Below, piece by piece: positions 26,925 through 35,787 of a DNA stretch of 64,000 nucleotides. Made by a program: the position numbers and the translations under genes. Each line of letters starts with the position of its first letter. Position 1 is the stretch's first letter. Source of the DNA: Candidatus Eiseniibacteriota bacterium (GTDB taxonomy: Bacteria > Orphanbacterota > Orphanbacteria > Orphanbacterales > Orphanbacteraceae); contig JBDROZ010000025.1 of the NCBI GenBank assembly GCA_043809585.1, positions 1 to 64,000 of the forward strand, given 5' to 3'. The notes under the pieces were generated by a model. The model saw only the letters and a program-made list of their open reading frames with translations. It made no database searches and had not been told where the DNA came from.

Positions 26925-29222
26925 TCATCGCCCGCCGCCGGCCCCTCCGAGTAGGGCGCGGATCGCCGGGTCCTCCGGTCCGCCGGACCGGAGATAACCC
27001 TCCGCGCAGCGCCTCGCCTCCGCCCCGTTCCCGGACCGGGCGGCGAGCAGGGCGGCACCCCTCCATGCCGGCGCGAAACCAGGCTGCGTGCCGGTCTCCC
27101 GAATGAACCGTTCCATGGCTTCGGCGGGCCGCCCCCCGGATTGGGCGATCGCGCCGAGACCGAACTGGACGTAGGGCGCCCCCGGGTCGGCCGCCTCCAC
27201 CCTCTCGAATCTCGCCCGCGCTTCTTCGAGCCGGCCGGCCCGGAGAAGAGAGAGCCCGTAGATCAAGATCGCCGCCGGGTCCCCCCCCTCCTCCGCGGTC
27301 CGGTAGAGACCGTCCGCGTCCGGCCGGTCTTGGAGGAGCTCGGCGACCACCGCGCGGCGGGCCGCTTCGGGAAGGGGGGCCGACTCTCCCCGGACGAGAC
27401 GCCACCGGCCGAGGTTTTCCAGCTCCCGGGCCCGGGCCGCCGCCTCGGCGGCGACGGCCCGGTTCGAATCCCCTTCGGGGAGCGCGGCGAGCGCCCTCCG
27501 GGCCTTCGCCTCGCCGTCGCCGGTCCCATCGAGCAGGGCGAGGGCGGCGAGGTGGAGCCACGCCTTCCCGTACTCCCGGTCCAGTGCGACCGCACGCTCC
27601 AATGCCCCCTTCCCCTCTTCCGTCCGTCCCTGCCGGTAGAGAAGGGTCCCCAGGTTGAGGTACGCCTTCGGATAGTCCGGATCGATGGCGATCGCCTCCC
27701 GAAAGAAGTGCTCCGCCTCTTCCATTCTCCCCCTGCGGGCGAGCAGTGCGCCGAGGTTGACCCGGGTCAGGGCGTGGTTCGGATCCCCCTCCGCGCTCCT
27801 CCGGTACTCCCCCTCCGCCTCCTCGATCCTCCCCTCCCTCTCGGCAATGAGTCCGAGGCGGAAGTGGGACTCGGCGACGCCGAGGGTCGGCGCCACGTGG
27901 AAGAAGTTCATGTTCGAGAGAACGAAGAAGGGGAGGGTGGCGCCGGCGTGAACGAGGACGGTCCGCCACCGGCCGCGCCTCGCCTCCTCGACGATCTTCG
28001 AGAGGAGCCAGGCGGCGAAGAGCAAAAGAAGAGGCACGAAGGGGAGGCGGAACCGGGTGACCACGAAGAAGAGGACGAGGGAGAAGGCGTAGACATAGAG
28101 AAAGGAAACGGGGAGGAAGGTGCGACGGGTCCGGAGAAAGACCGTCGCGCCGAGGCCGAGGGCCACGATCAGCCCGAAGGGGATATGGAAGATCGTGAGA
28201 AGCCGGCTATAGGCCATCTCCACCGGGTAGATCTCGATCTGGGGGATCTCGAAGTTCGAGAAGGTGAAGACCAGCTTGCGGAGGAGCAGGTCCGCCTCCC
28301 TCCCCGGATTCTCAGCGATCCACCGGAAGGAACGATCGAGCCAGATCCGGGAGGCCCCCGCGGGCGTGACCTCGCGGCCGAGTTCCTTCTCGAGCAGCCG
28401 GCGCCCCGCCGGATCCGTGTATACATCGAGGCCTTTCGGCCGCCGGTATCCGCCGTCCGACTCGGGGCCGTTTCCGATGTAGAAGTTGAGACCGCCGTTG
28501 GTCGTCACGAGAACCACCTCGCCCCCGGAGGCGTAGTTGCGGGCCGTGACGGCGCCGATGACGACCAGAAGGCCGGCGAGAGCGAACGCGGGCGGGGCGA
28601 GGCGCCAACGGATCTTGACCTCCGTCCCCCAGGCGAGCCCGAGCAGGGCGAAGGGGAGAAAGAGGACGACGTTCCCCTTGCCGATCACGGCGAGCCCGAG
28701 GAGGAGCCCCGTCAGAAACCGGTGGAGGCCGGGCCGCGCCCCCGGGACCGCAGTCAAACGGTCGAGGATCCAGAGAAGGAGCGTCACCGCGACGGTCGTG
28801 TAGAGGAGCGCCGCGGCGTAGAAGATGAAGGGCCCGTAGAACGCGGCGGCCGCCGCCGCGACCAACGCCGCGGTGGGCGTGAAGACCCTCGATCCGATCC
28901 GGTAGAGTAGGACCGGGACGAAGGCGGCGATCGCCGCCTGCAGAATCCGGACCAGCAGGATGTTCCGCCCGCCGAGGCCGTACACCGCCGCGAGCAGGTG
29001 CGGGTAGAGGGGCCCCATGAAATACGGCTCGTCGCCGATCAAACCCTCGTCCAGGATCTCCATCGCCCGCTTGTCGTAGTAGCGGGCGTCGAGGCCCAGG
29101 TTGTCCTCCGACTGGAACGGGTTGTCCCCGGACTCCCAGAGGTAGAAGAGACGGAGAACGAAGGCGGCGGCATAGAGGGCGAGGAGAATCTTCCTCCGGG
29201 AGACCCGCCGCCGGCCGGTCAC
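26925..29222 (-). CDS. GT-C (family 39/83-like) glycosyltransferase with C-terminal TPR repeats
   Basis: GTG start overlaps the upstream stop (GTGA); LDARYYD...YFMGPLYP, NGGLNFYIGN, RFRLP; TPRs such as NLGALLARRGRMEEAEHFFREAIAIDP and YLNLGTLLYRQG. Confidence 0.82.
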   Translation of the reverse strand: MTGRRRVSRRKILLALYAAAFVLRLFYLWESGDNPFQSEDNLGLDARYYDKRAMEILDEGLIGDEPYFMGPLYPHLLAAVYGLGGRNILLVRILQAAIAAFVPVLLYRIGSRVFTPTAALVAAAAAAFYGPFIFYAAALLYTTVAVTLLLWILDRLTAVPGARPGLHRFLTGLLLGLAVIGKGNVVLFLPFALLGLAWGTEVKIRWRLAPPAFALAGLLVVIGAVTARNYASGGEVVLVTTNGGLNFYIGNGPESDGGYRRPKGLDVYTDPAGRRLLEKELGREVTPAGASRIWLDRSFRWIAENPGREADLLLRKLVFTFSNFEIPQIEIYPVEMAYSRLLTIFHIPFGLIVALGLGATVFLRTRRTFLPVSFLYVYAFSLVLFFVVTRFRLPFVPLLLLFAAWLLSKIVEEARRGRWRTVLVHAGATLPFFVLSNMNFFHVAPTLGVAESHFRLGLIAEREGRIEEAEGEYRRSAEGDPNHALTRVNLGALLARRGRMEEAEHFFREAIAIDPDYPKAYLNLGTLLYRQGRTEEGKGALERAVALDREYGKAWLHLAALALLDGTGDGEAKARRALAALPEGDSNRAVAAEAAARARELENLGRWRLVRGESAPLPEAARRAVVAELLQDRPDADGLYRTAEEGGDPAAILIYGLSLLRAGRLEEARARFERVEAADPGAPYVQFGLGAIAQSGGRPAEAMERFIRETGTQPGFAPAWRGAALLAARSGNGAEARRCAEGYLRSGGPEDPAIRALLGGAGGGR

Positions 29223-30196
29223 GGAGACCCTCCTTCCGGGGCCTCCCGGGAACCACCGAAGAATCCGCGAAGTCCATAGACCACCCCGCCGATCAGTCCG
29301 TTGAAGACGAAGATGCCGTAAATCAGGATGGCGAGGAAGACCGATTGGGTATCGGTCACACCGAAGAGACGGAGCATGAGAATCATCACGCCTTCCCGGA
29401 TCCCGATCCCGGAGAGGGAGATGGGGAGCATCCTCCCCACCTCGACGAGGGGCATGATCAGGAAGAAGTGGGCGGGCCGGAGGTCGATGCCCACCGACTC
29501 GGCGAGCACCCAACAGCTGTACACCCAAACCGCCCGGGAGAGGAGCGAGAGGAGGAGCGCCGCGAGCACCGGCCCCTTGCGGTCCTTGTAGGCGTCGAGG
29601 CAGTCGTACAGGCGCCCCGCCTTTCTCTTCGCGTCGAACCGCTCGAGCATGGGCGTGAGGGGCCGGAGGAGAGGCTCGATCCGACGGATCGTGCGACGGC
29701 GGATCGCGAGGGTGCCGAAGAGGAAGAGCGCCGCCATCCCGGCCTCGGCGACGAGGAACCACCCGCGCTCGGGGAGCCCCGGATAGAGAGCGGCGAAGGC
29801 GACGATGCCGATCGGGAAGAGCGCGTAGAGACCGAGCAGGCGCTCGACCATGATCGAAGCCATCGCCGACGACCGGTCCTTCGTGTGCCGGGCGAGATCG
29901 AGCACCCGCATCACGTCGCCGCCGATCGACGTGGGCATGAAGTTGTTGAAGAACATGCAGACGAAGTAATAGGAGGCGAGCCTCGGCAGGGAGACGATCG
30001 CCCCGAGGGGCCGGACCAGCACCCTCCATCTCCAGGTGTTCAGCGCCACCATGACCAGGTTGAGCGCGTACCCGAGAAGAAGGAGGCCCACGCGAACCTC
30101 TCCCAGCACCGACCGGAACTCCCCCCAGTCGACCCGGGAGATGACGAACCCGACCAGGACGACGGTGATGATGAGACGGATGATCTTGCCCGTCAA
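29219..30196 (-). CDS. Lysylphosphatidylglycerol-synthase-TM / UPF0104 flippase-like membrane protein
   Basis: RW..L, FFNNFMPTSIGGDVMR, ERLLG and LPISLSGIGIREG motifs. Confidence 0.85.
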   Translation of the reverse strand: MTGKIIRLIITVVLVGFVISRVDWGEFRSVLGEVRVGLLLLGYALNLVMVALNTWRWRVLVRPLGAIVSLPRLASYYFVCMFFNNFMPTSIGGDVMRVLDLARHTKDRSSAMASIMVERLLGLYALFPIGIVAFAALYPGLPERGWFLVAEAGMAALFLFGTLAIRRRTIRRIEPLLRPLTPMLERFDAKRKAGRLYDCLDAYKDRKGPVLAALLLSLLSRAVWVYSCWVLAESVGIDLRPAHFFLIMPLVEVGRMLPISLSGIGIREGVMILMLRLFGVTDTQSVFLAILIYGIFVFNGLIGGVVYGLRGFFGGSREAPEGGSP

Positions 30197-31770
30197 AGGC
30201 CCGCTTCCTTTCTCCGGTAGATTACCAAATTCCCGAATTCCTCGACCGGCTCGAAACCGCGTTCGATGGCGGCGTAGGCATTCGGGGCGAACCGGGAGAA
30301 GCGGCGCTCGTTCCGCCCGTCGAGGGGGGTGTCCCGGAGGAGCACGATCTTCGTCGGCTTCTCGAGAATATCCCGGGCGTACCGCTCCTCCTCTTCGGGG
30401 GAATCGAAGGCGCGACGGACGTGGACGTAGGCGGTCGGGTTCGCGCGATCGAAAAGGAAATAGAGGAGTTGGAATCCGGGGACCGTGACCATGTAGTCGC
30501 CGGGCTTCGAGTAGCGGTCGATGGCCGATTGAATCGCGCGGAGGTAGGCCGCTTCGTCCGGCGCCATTCGCACCCGGGCCCGCCGGATCGGCAGCCGGAC
30601 CGTCCCCCCCCGGAGCTGGGAGACCGATCCCAGATAGTAAGGCGGGATCGGCTGGAGGCCTTCGGAGGCGATCAAGGCCGGTCCGATCGGGCTTTCATAG
30701 GTCCTCGCGTAGACGAGAGTTTGGAGGAAGATCAGCGCCGGAAGGGCGAACGCCGCCCCCAGAGCGAGGCCGGCGCTCCACCGGCGGAGCCGTTCCGCCC
30801 CCCACGGGAGGAGGAGCCAGCAACAGGCGAGGGCCTGGAGGAGATGGGCGAGATCGCTCCGCCAGACGGCCTGGTTGAACGACGCCGCGCCGAGAAGGGC
30901 GGCGAGGAAGAGGGCCGCCCCTTCCCCCCGCCGAAGAAGGCCGAGAAGCCCCGCGACCCCCGCGACGACGTAGAGAGGGAGGGGAACATAATAGAGGAGG
31001 CGAAGCCCGAGAAACGCCGCCCCCGCCGGACCGCCCGAAACCGGGTGGAAGAGGGGCGGGAAGGGGAGGGCGTTGGCCCGGTTGTCCGTCGCCCCCGCGA
31101 GGAGCACTTTCGACGCCGCCGCGCCGAGGGCCCCCTCGGCGGTGAAGTAGATCACGACCGGCAGAACGGCGAGGAGGGCGGATAGGGAGAAGAGGGCGGC
31201 CCGCTTCGGCGATTCGCCCGTCCACCGGCCGAGAACGAGGAGCGCCCCGTAAGACACGCCCACGAAGATCCCCAGATCCTGCCGGAAGAGAAACGTGACC
31301 CCCGCGAGAAAACCGGCCGTCGCCACTCCCCGCGCCCCCTTCCCCCGGAGACCGCCGAGGACGAAGAGGTTCGCGAGGAGGAAGAGATGGAAGAACGACT
31401 TGTGCCACGGCCCCGGCGCCGCCATGAAGAAGAGCGCCGCCGCGACGGCCCCGGGCCTCGACAGGAACCGGCGGCCCGAGAGATAGGCGAGAACGACGAC
31501 GACGACCCTCATCACCAGCCAGAGACCGCGCAGGACGAGGAGGTCCTCCCCGAAAAGGCGGAAGAGAAACGCCACGAGATAGAAGCGGGCCGGTCCGTAG
31601 GTGTGGTGGAAGTCGCGGTAGGGGACCTGGCCGTCCAGAATGCGCGTCACGCCCCCGAGAAGATACCCCTCGTCGTCGTTCAGGCCGTAGTCCCAATACG
31701 TGAGGAAAACCGCCAGCGAGCCGAGTGCGAGGACCAGAACGACGACGAGGTCGCGCCGGTCAACCGACAT
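30193..31770 (-). CDS. GT-C fold membrane glycosyltransferase
   Basis: First-loop DDEGY....RILDGQVPYRDF...YGP; RQD motif; multiple TMs; periplasmic C-terminal domain. Confidence 0.8.
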   Translation of the reverse strand: MSVDRRDLVVVLVLALGSLAVFLTYWDYGLNDDEGYLLGGVTRILDGQVPYRDFHHTYGPARFYLVAFLFRLFGEDLLVLRGLWLVMRVVVVVLAYLSGRRFLSRPGAVAAALFFMAAPGPWHKSFFHLFLLANLFVLGGLRGKGARGVATAGFLAGVTFLFRQDLGIFVGVSYGALLVLGRWTGESPKRAALFSLSALLAVLPVVIYFTAEGALGAAASKVLLAGATDNRANALPFPPLFHPVSGGPAGAAFLGLRLLYYVPLPLYVVAGVAGLLGLLRRGEGAALFLAALLGAASFNQAVWRSDLAHLLQALACCWLLLPWGAERLRRWSAGLALGAAFALPALIFLQTLVYARTYESPIGPALIASEGLQPIPPYYLGSVSQLRGGTVRLPIRRARVRMAPDEAAYLRAIQSAIDRYSKPGDYMVTVPGFQLLYFLFDRANPTAYVHVRRAFDSPEEEERYARDILEKPTKIVLLRDTPLDGRNERRFSRFAPNAYAAIERGFEPVEEFGNLVIYRRKEAGL

Positions 31771-33433
31771 ACCCCATCCCTTTCAGGCGGTCGATGATCT
31801 CCTGCCGCTCCGAGTCGCCGAGATCGAGCTCCTCCTTCGCCTTCGTCTCGTAGGGCGGGCGGAAGCGCACCGGGTGCTCCCGAAGCCAAGTCTCGCGGAG
31901 CGCCCTCTCGGCCACCTTCCCGTCCATGTCTTCCGGGACTTCGAGGCCGAGCAGGTGGAGGATCGTGGGGGCCATGTCGCAGATCGAGAACCCCTCCATC
32001 CGTTCCGCCCCGGACCGGACCGGGCCGCCCCGGGCGAAGAAGACGCCGTCCATCCGGTGATCGCCCGAATTTCCGAAGGTGGGCTCCACGAAACGGCGGG
32101 TCGTGAAGTCGACGATGCCGAGGGCTTTGTACTTCATATCCGAAGGGATGAAGAGCACGTCGGGCATCCGCTCTACGTAAGGGCCCTCGTACCGCTCCTC
32201 CCGGGTGAAGACCTCACCGAGAAGGGGACCGTTCCCCGCCGGGTCGGGAATGGCGGCGAGCTTCTCCCGGAGGTCGGCCACCACGGCGTCGTACTCTTCC
32301 GGAGCGACCGACCCGGAGGGTTCCCGCCCCCGGAGATTCACGTAGATCTGGCCGTAGTTCCCTTTCGAGTAGGCCCGGGTCCTCTCCCAGTCGATGTTCT
32401 CGAGGGAGAGGAAGATCCGGTTGATCAGGTCGAAGAGGCCCGAACGCCCCCCGACCCCCTTCGAGAGTCGGAGCCCCGCGAGACCGAGACGCATGGCGGT
32501 CCGGTACCCGAAGGCGGGCGTGATGCCCATCCGGAAGAGGACCTTCTTCAGGCGCGTGGCGGCGTCCCGCTTCAGCGCGAGAAACCCCTTGTCCAGGAGC
32601 CAGACGTTGAAGTTCAGGTAGTCGTGGATCGGCCCGAAGCCGTGGTCGGACATGACGATCTCCGTCACTTCCCCCTTCGACCCGGCGGTCTCGGCGATCT
32701 CCCGCGCCGCGTCGTCCACTTCCCGATAGAACTCGAGGATTCGCGGCTTGTACCGGGCCACCTCCTTCGGGTCCGAGTGGGGGTGGTTCTCGTCGAAGAT
32801 GTGCCACACCTCGTGCTGCAGGCGGTCGGTCCCTTCGAAGTAGGCGATGGCGAAGTCCCACTCCCGCTCGCGGAGGAGCTTCAGCGCCACCTTCCGCCGG
32901 TATCCGAGAATCTCGAACGCCTCGTCGAGGACTTGGCCGACCTTCCCCTTCTGATAGACCTCTTTGTGGTAGATCGGGTACGGCCCGAACTCCCTTTCGA
33001 GCTCGGCGAGAAGTTCCGGCGGATGGGTGAAATCCCGCGCCCCCCGAGGCGTCAGGAATCCGCTGATGAGACTGCCGTTCACCTTGTCGGGCGGGTAGGT
33101 GACCGGGATCCCGAGAACGACGACCCTCTTCCCCTCCCGGGAGATGATCTCCCAGAGAGGGATGCCGTCCCGCACGGTGGCGTTCACCGGGCGCTGCTCT
33201 TCGAGTCCGCCCCGGGTGTAGAGGAATTCGAAGATCCCCGTCTTGCCCGGATTCTTTCCGGTCATGAACGACACCCAGGCGGGGGCCGTGATCGGCGGGA
33301 AGACCGACCGGAGCGGGGCCGTCGCCCCTTCCTTCCGGAGGGAGGCGAGGTAGGGCATGATCCCGTCGTCCATCCACGGGTCGAGGGTGTCGAAGGTGAC
33401 GCCGTCGATGCCGATGACGAGCACGCGGCTCAT
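31760..33433 (-). CDS. Alkaline phosphatase superfamily protein (type I phosphodiesterase/nucleotide pyrophosphatase-like)
   Basis: Start MSRVLVIGIDG (ATGA overlap); PPITAPAW (Thr nucleophile), TGKNPGKTG, DRLQH, SDHGF, GDHR; C-terminal RLKGMGY; no signal peptide. Confidence 0.88.
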   Translation of the reverse strand: MSRVLVIGIDGVTFDTLDPWMDDGIMPYLASLRKEGATAPLRSVFPPITAPAWVSFMTGKNPGKTGIFEFLYTRGGLEEQRPVNATVRDGIPLWEIISREGKRVVVLGIPVTYPPDKVNGSLISGFLTPRGARDFTHPPELLAELEREFGPYPIYHKEVYQKGKVGQVLDEAFEILGYRRKVALKLLREREWDFAIAYFEGTDRLQHEVWHIFDENHPHSDPKEVARYKPRILEFYREVDDAAREIAETAGSKGEVTEIVMSDHGFGPIHDYLNFNVWLLDKGFLALKRDAATRLKKVLFRMGITPAFGYRTAMRLGLAGLRLSKGVGGRSGLFDLINRIFLSLENIDWERTRAYSKGNYGQIYVNLRGREPSGSVAPEEYDAVVADLREKLAAIPDPAGNGPLLGEVFTREERYEGPYVERMPDVLFIPSDMKYKALGIVDFTTRRFVEPTFGNSGDHRMDGVFFARGGPVRSGAERMEGFSICDMAPTILHLLGLEVPEDMDGKVAERALRETWLREHPVRFRPPYETKAKEELDLGDSERQEIIDRLKGMGYVG

Positions 33434-35775
33434 TCCGTTCTCCTCCGCCGCGGCGCGGCGGCGAGCAGGATCATAACGAGCAGGGCGGCCGACGAGAGGG
33501 CCGCGCCGAAGCGCAAGCTCCGGGGCCGGTAGCGGAAGTCTATCACATGCTCCCCTTCCGGCACCGGGACCGCCCGGAAGGCGTAATCGGCCCGGTAGAG
33601 GGTCGCCGGCCCGCCGTCCACCGTCGCCTCCCAACCCGGGTACCATGCGTCGGCGAGGAAGAGGAATCCCGGGGACCGGGCGACGACTCCCACGGTCACC
33701 CGGTCCGGTTCGTACCTCTGAATATCGGCAGAACCGCCGCGGGGCGCCACCGGAGCGGGCGGCCCCTGCCCTTCGAGCAGGAGGGTTTCGGCGGGATCGA
33801 ATTCCGGCGAGCGGAGGCGGAGGAGGATCGCCGCCCCGCTCAGGTACTCCCACCGTCCGTGGAAGGTCGCCCGGGGGAGGGGCCGTGGTCCCGGCATCGG
33901 GAGAATCCCCCCCGAATCGTCCACCCCGTAGACCCGGGCGCCGAGAATCCGAAGCGCGGGCGACTTCAGGCTCTCGAGCCGCTGGAGCGGGCGATAACGG
34001 CGGTAGGAGTAGAGTCCCGGCTCGATCGTCTCCATCAGCTTCCGGTAGCGCTCCAGGTTGAGGGCGTTGATGCCGGCCGTGTCGTCGATGCCGAAGAGAG
34101 AGGCCGTGGCCGGAGGAAGGAAGTCGGTCGCCGCCGGCCCGTACCGGGCGATGCGCCCGTCCGGTCCCACGTCCTCCCGGATCCGGAGGATCTCCGGCGT
34201 CTCCCGAAAGGTGGAGTCCCGGGGAAGGTCGAGATGGAACCGGGCGCCGAAGAGGTAGAGGTCCGCCCCGGCGAGGAGGGCGAGGAGGGCGACGATCCCG
34301 GCGGAAGGGATCCGTCTCCGGACGAGAACGAGAAGGAGACCGGCGGCGGCGAAGAGAGCGGTGGTCGCCGAGGAACGGAGGGCCGTGGCGGAGAGATTCG
34401 CGAGGGGGACCCTTGCCTTCAAGAGCAGGACGACGCCGTTCGTCACGGGAGCCCGTCCCCGGAGAAGCCCCTCGATGATCGGTTCCCGGAAGAGGGCGAG
34501 GGCCGCCGCGCCGGCGAGAAGGACGACGAACCCGGCGAGGACGAACGGCGGGGTTTTCCGGGCCCGGTCCGAGAGGCGATCCACGCCGAAGCCGAACCCG
34601 ATCGCCGTCGCGAAGAGAGGGAGCAGGATCAGGCGGTCGGGACGGGAGAAGCGGAAGCCGGGAAGGCGCCACGCGATGTCGGCGAGGGGCGTCCCGGCGA
34701 GCACGAGCAGGGGGAAGAGGAAGAGCCCCGCGAAGAAGAGCCGGCGCCGGCCCGTGAAGATTCCGTACAGGCCGATCACCAGGGGAAGGGCACCGAAGTA
34801 GTTCAGGGTGGAGACGTAGTTCTGCCGGAACATCCCGTTCCCGGTCCGGAAGAGCGTGGACCAGAGCGTCTCGTTCACCGGGTTGCCGAAAAAGTCGGGG
34901 GCGAGGATCCGGAGCGCCATCAGGGGGTGGTGCGTGCCGGAGCGAAATGTGGCGAGATCCGCCGCCTCCCGGGTGGAGAGCCGGAGGAACTCGAGCGTCG
35001 GGAGAAGCTGCGCCGCGGCGAGAAGAAGGGAGAGCGCGATCGCGGCGCCGAAGGTGCACGCCGTCCGCGCCCGCGGGCGCTCCTTCGAGATCAGCGCGGC
35101 GAGGGAGAAGAAGGCGAGGACGTAGTAGATGTGAAGGAGCATCTGCGGGAAACCGGCGAAGGCGGCGAGGGCGAGGGGGAGGGCGAGAACCCCGGTGCTC
35201 CGGAATCCCGGGCGCCGGGCGGCCCGCTCGGCGGCGAGGACGACCGCCGGAAGCCACGCCGCCGTGGCGACGAAGGTCGGGTGGCCGATCCGGGTCATGA
35301 AGAACGGGTTCAGCTCGAAGACGAGGGCCGCCGCGACGGACGCCCCCCGGCCGATCCCGAAGGCGCGGGCCGCGAGGTAGGCGAAGAGCCCGCCGAGGAA
35401 GAAGTGGATCGCCACGAACCATCCCATGCCGGTCATGGCGTCGGTTGTCAGGGCGAGGATCAGGTTTACCGGATAGAAGAGGGCGGACTGGAAGTTGGCG
35501 AGGAAGGGCTGGCCTGCGAAAGTGGTCGGGTCCCAGAGAGGGAAATCACCCCGCCTCATCCACTCGTGGGTGAAGGCGCGGCGCGGATAATAGGCGAGGG
35601 CGCAGTCCGTGTTCACCGCGGGGGGTGCGATCTCCCCGGGCGAGGCGTGTTCCTTCCAGGGGACCCAGCGGTTCGGATTGCACGGGATCTCGGCCCGGCC
35701 TTGAAAAAGGGACCCCCGGAAGAAGATCAAGACGACGGCGAGAAGAAGGAGTGGTGGAAGGATGCGTTTCGCCAT
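33430..35775 (-). CDS. YfhO-family GT-C membrane protein
   Basis: D....YYP...PLWDP..F.GQPFLANFQSALFYP.N; C-terminal LADAWYPGWEATVDG...FRAVPVPEGEH.I.FRY.P. Confidence 0.87.
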   Translation of the reverse strand: MAKRILPPLLLLAVVLIFFRGSLFQGRAEIPCNPNRWVPWKEHASPGEIAPPAVNTDCALAYYPRRAFTHEWMRRGDFPLWDPTTFAGQPFLANFQSALFYPVNLILALTTDAMTGMGWFVAIHFFLGGLFAYLAARAFGIGRGASVAAALVFELNPFFMTRIGHPTFVATAAWLPAVVLAAERAARRPGFRSTGVLALPLALAAFAGFPQMLLHIYYVLAFFSLAALISKERPRARTACTFGAAIALSLLLAAAQLLPTLEFLRLSTREAADLATFRSGTHHPLMALRILAPDFFGNPVNETLWSTLFRTGNGMFRQNYVSTLNYFGALPLVIGLYGIFTGRRRLFFAGLFLFPLLVLAGTPLADIAWRLPGFRFSRPDRLILLPLFATAIGFGFGVDRLSDRARKTPPFVLAGFVVLLAGAAALALFREPIIEGLLRGRAPVTNGVVLLLKARVPLANLSATALRSSATTALFAAAGLLLVLVRRRIPSAGIVALLALLAGADLYLFGARFHLDLPRDSTFRETPEILRIREDVGPDGRIARYGPAATDFLPPATASLFGIDDTAGINALNLERYRKLMETIEPGLYSYRRYRPLQRLESLKSPALRILGARVYGVDDSGGILPMPGPRPLPRATFHGRWEYLSGAAILLRLRSPEFDPAETLLLEGQGPPAPVAPRGGSADIQRYEPDRVTVGVVARSPGFLFLADAWYPGWEATVDGGPATLYRADYAFRAVPVPEGEHVIDFRYRPRSLRFGAALSSAALLVMILLAAAPRRRRTE

Positions 35776-35787
35776 GGCACCCGCAGG

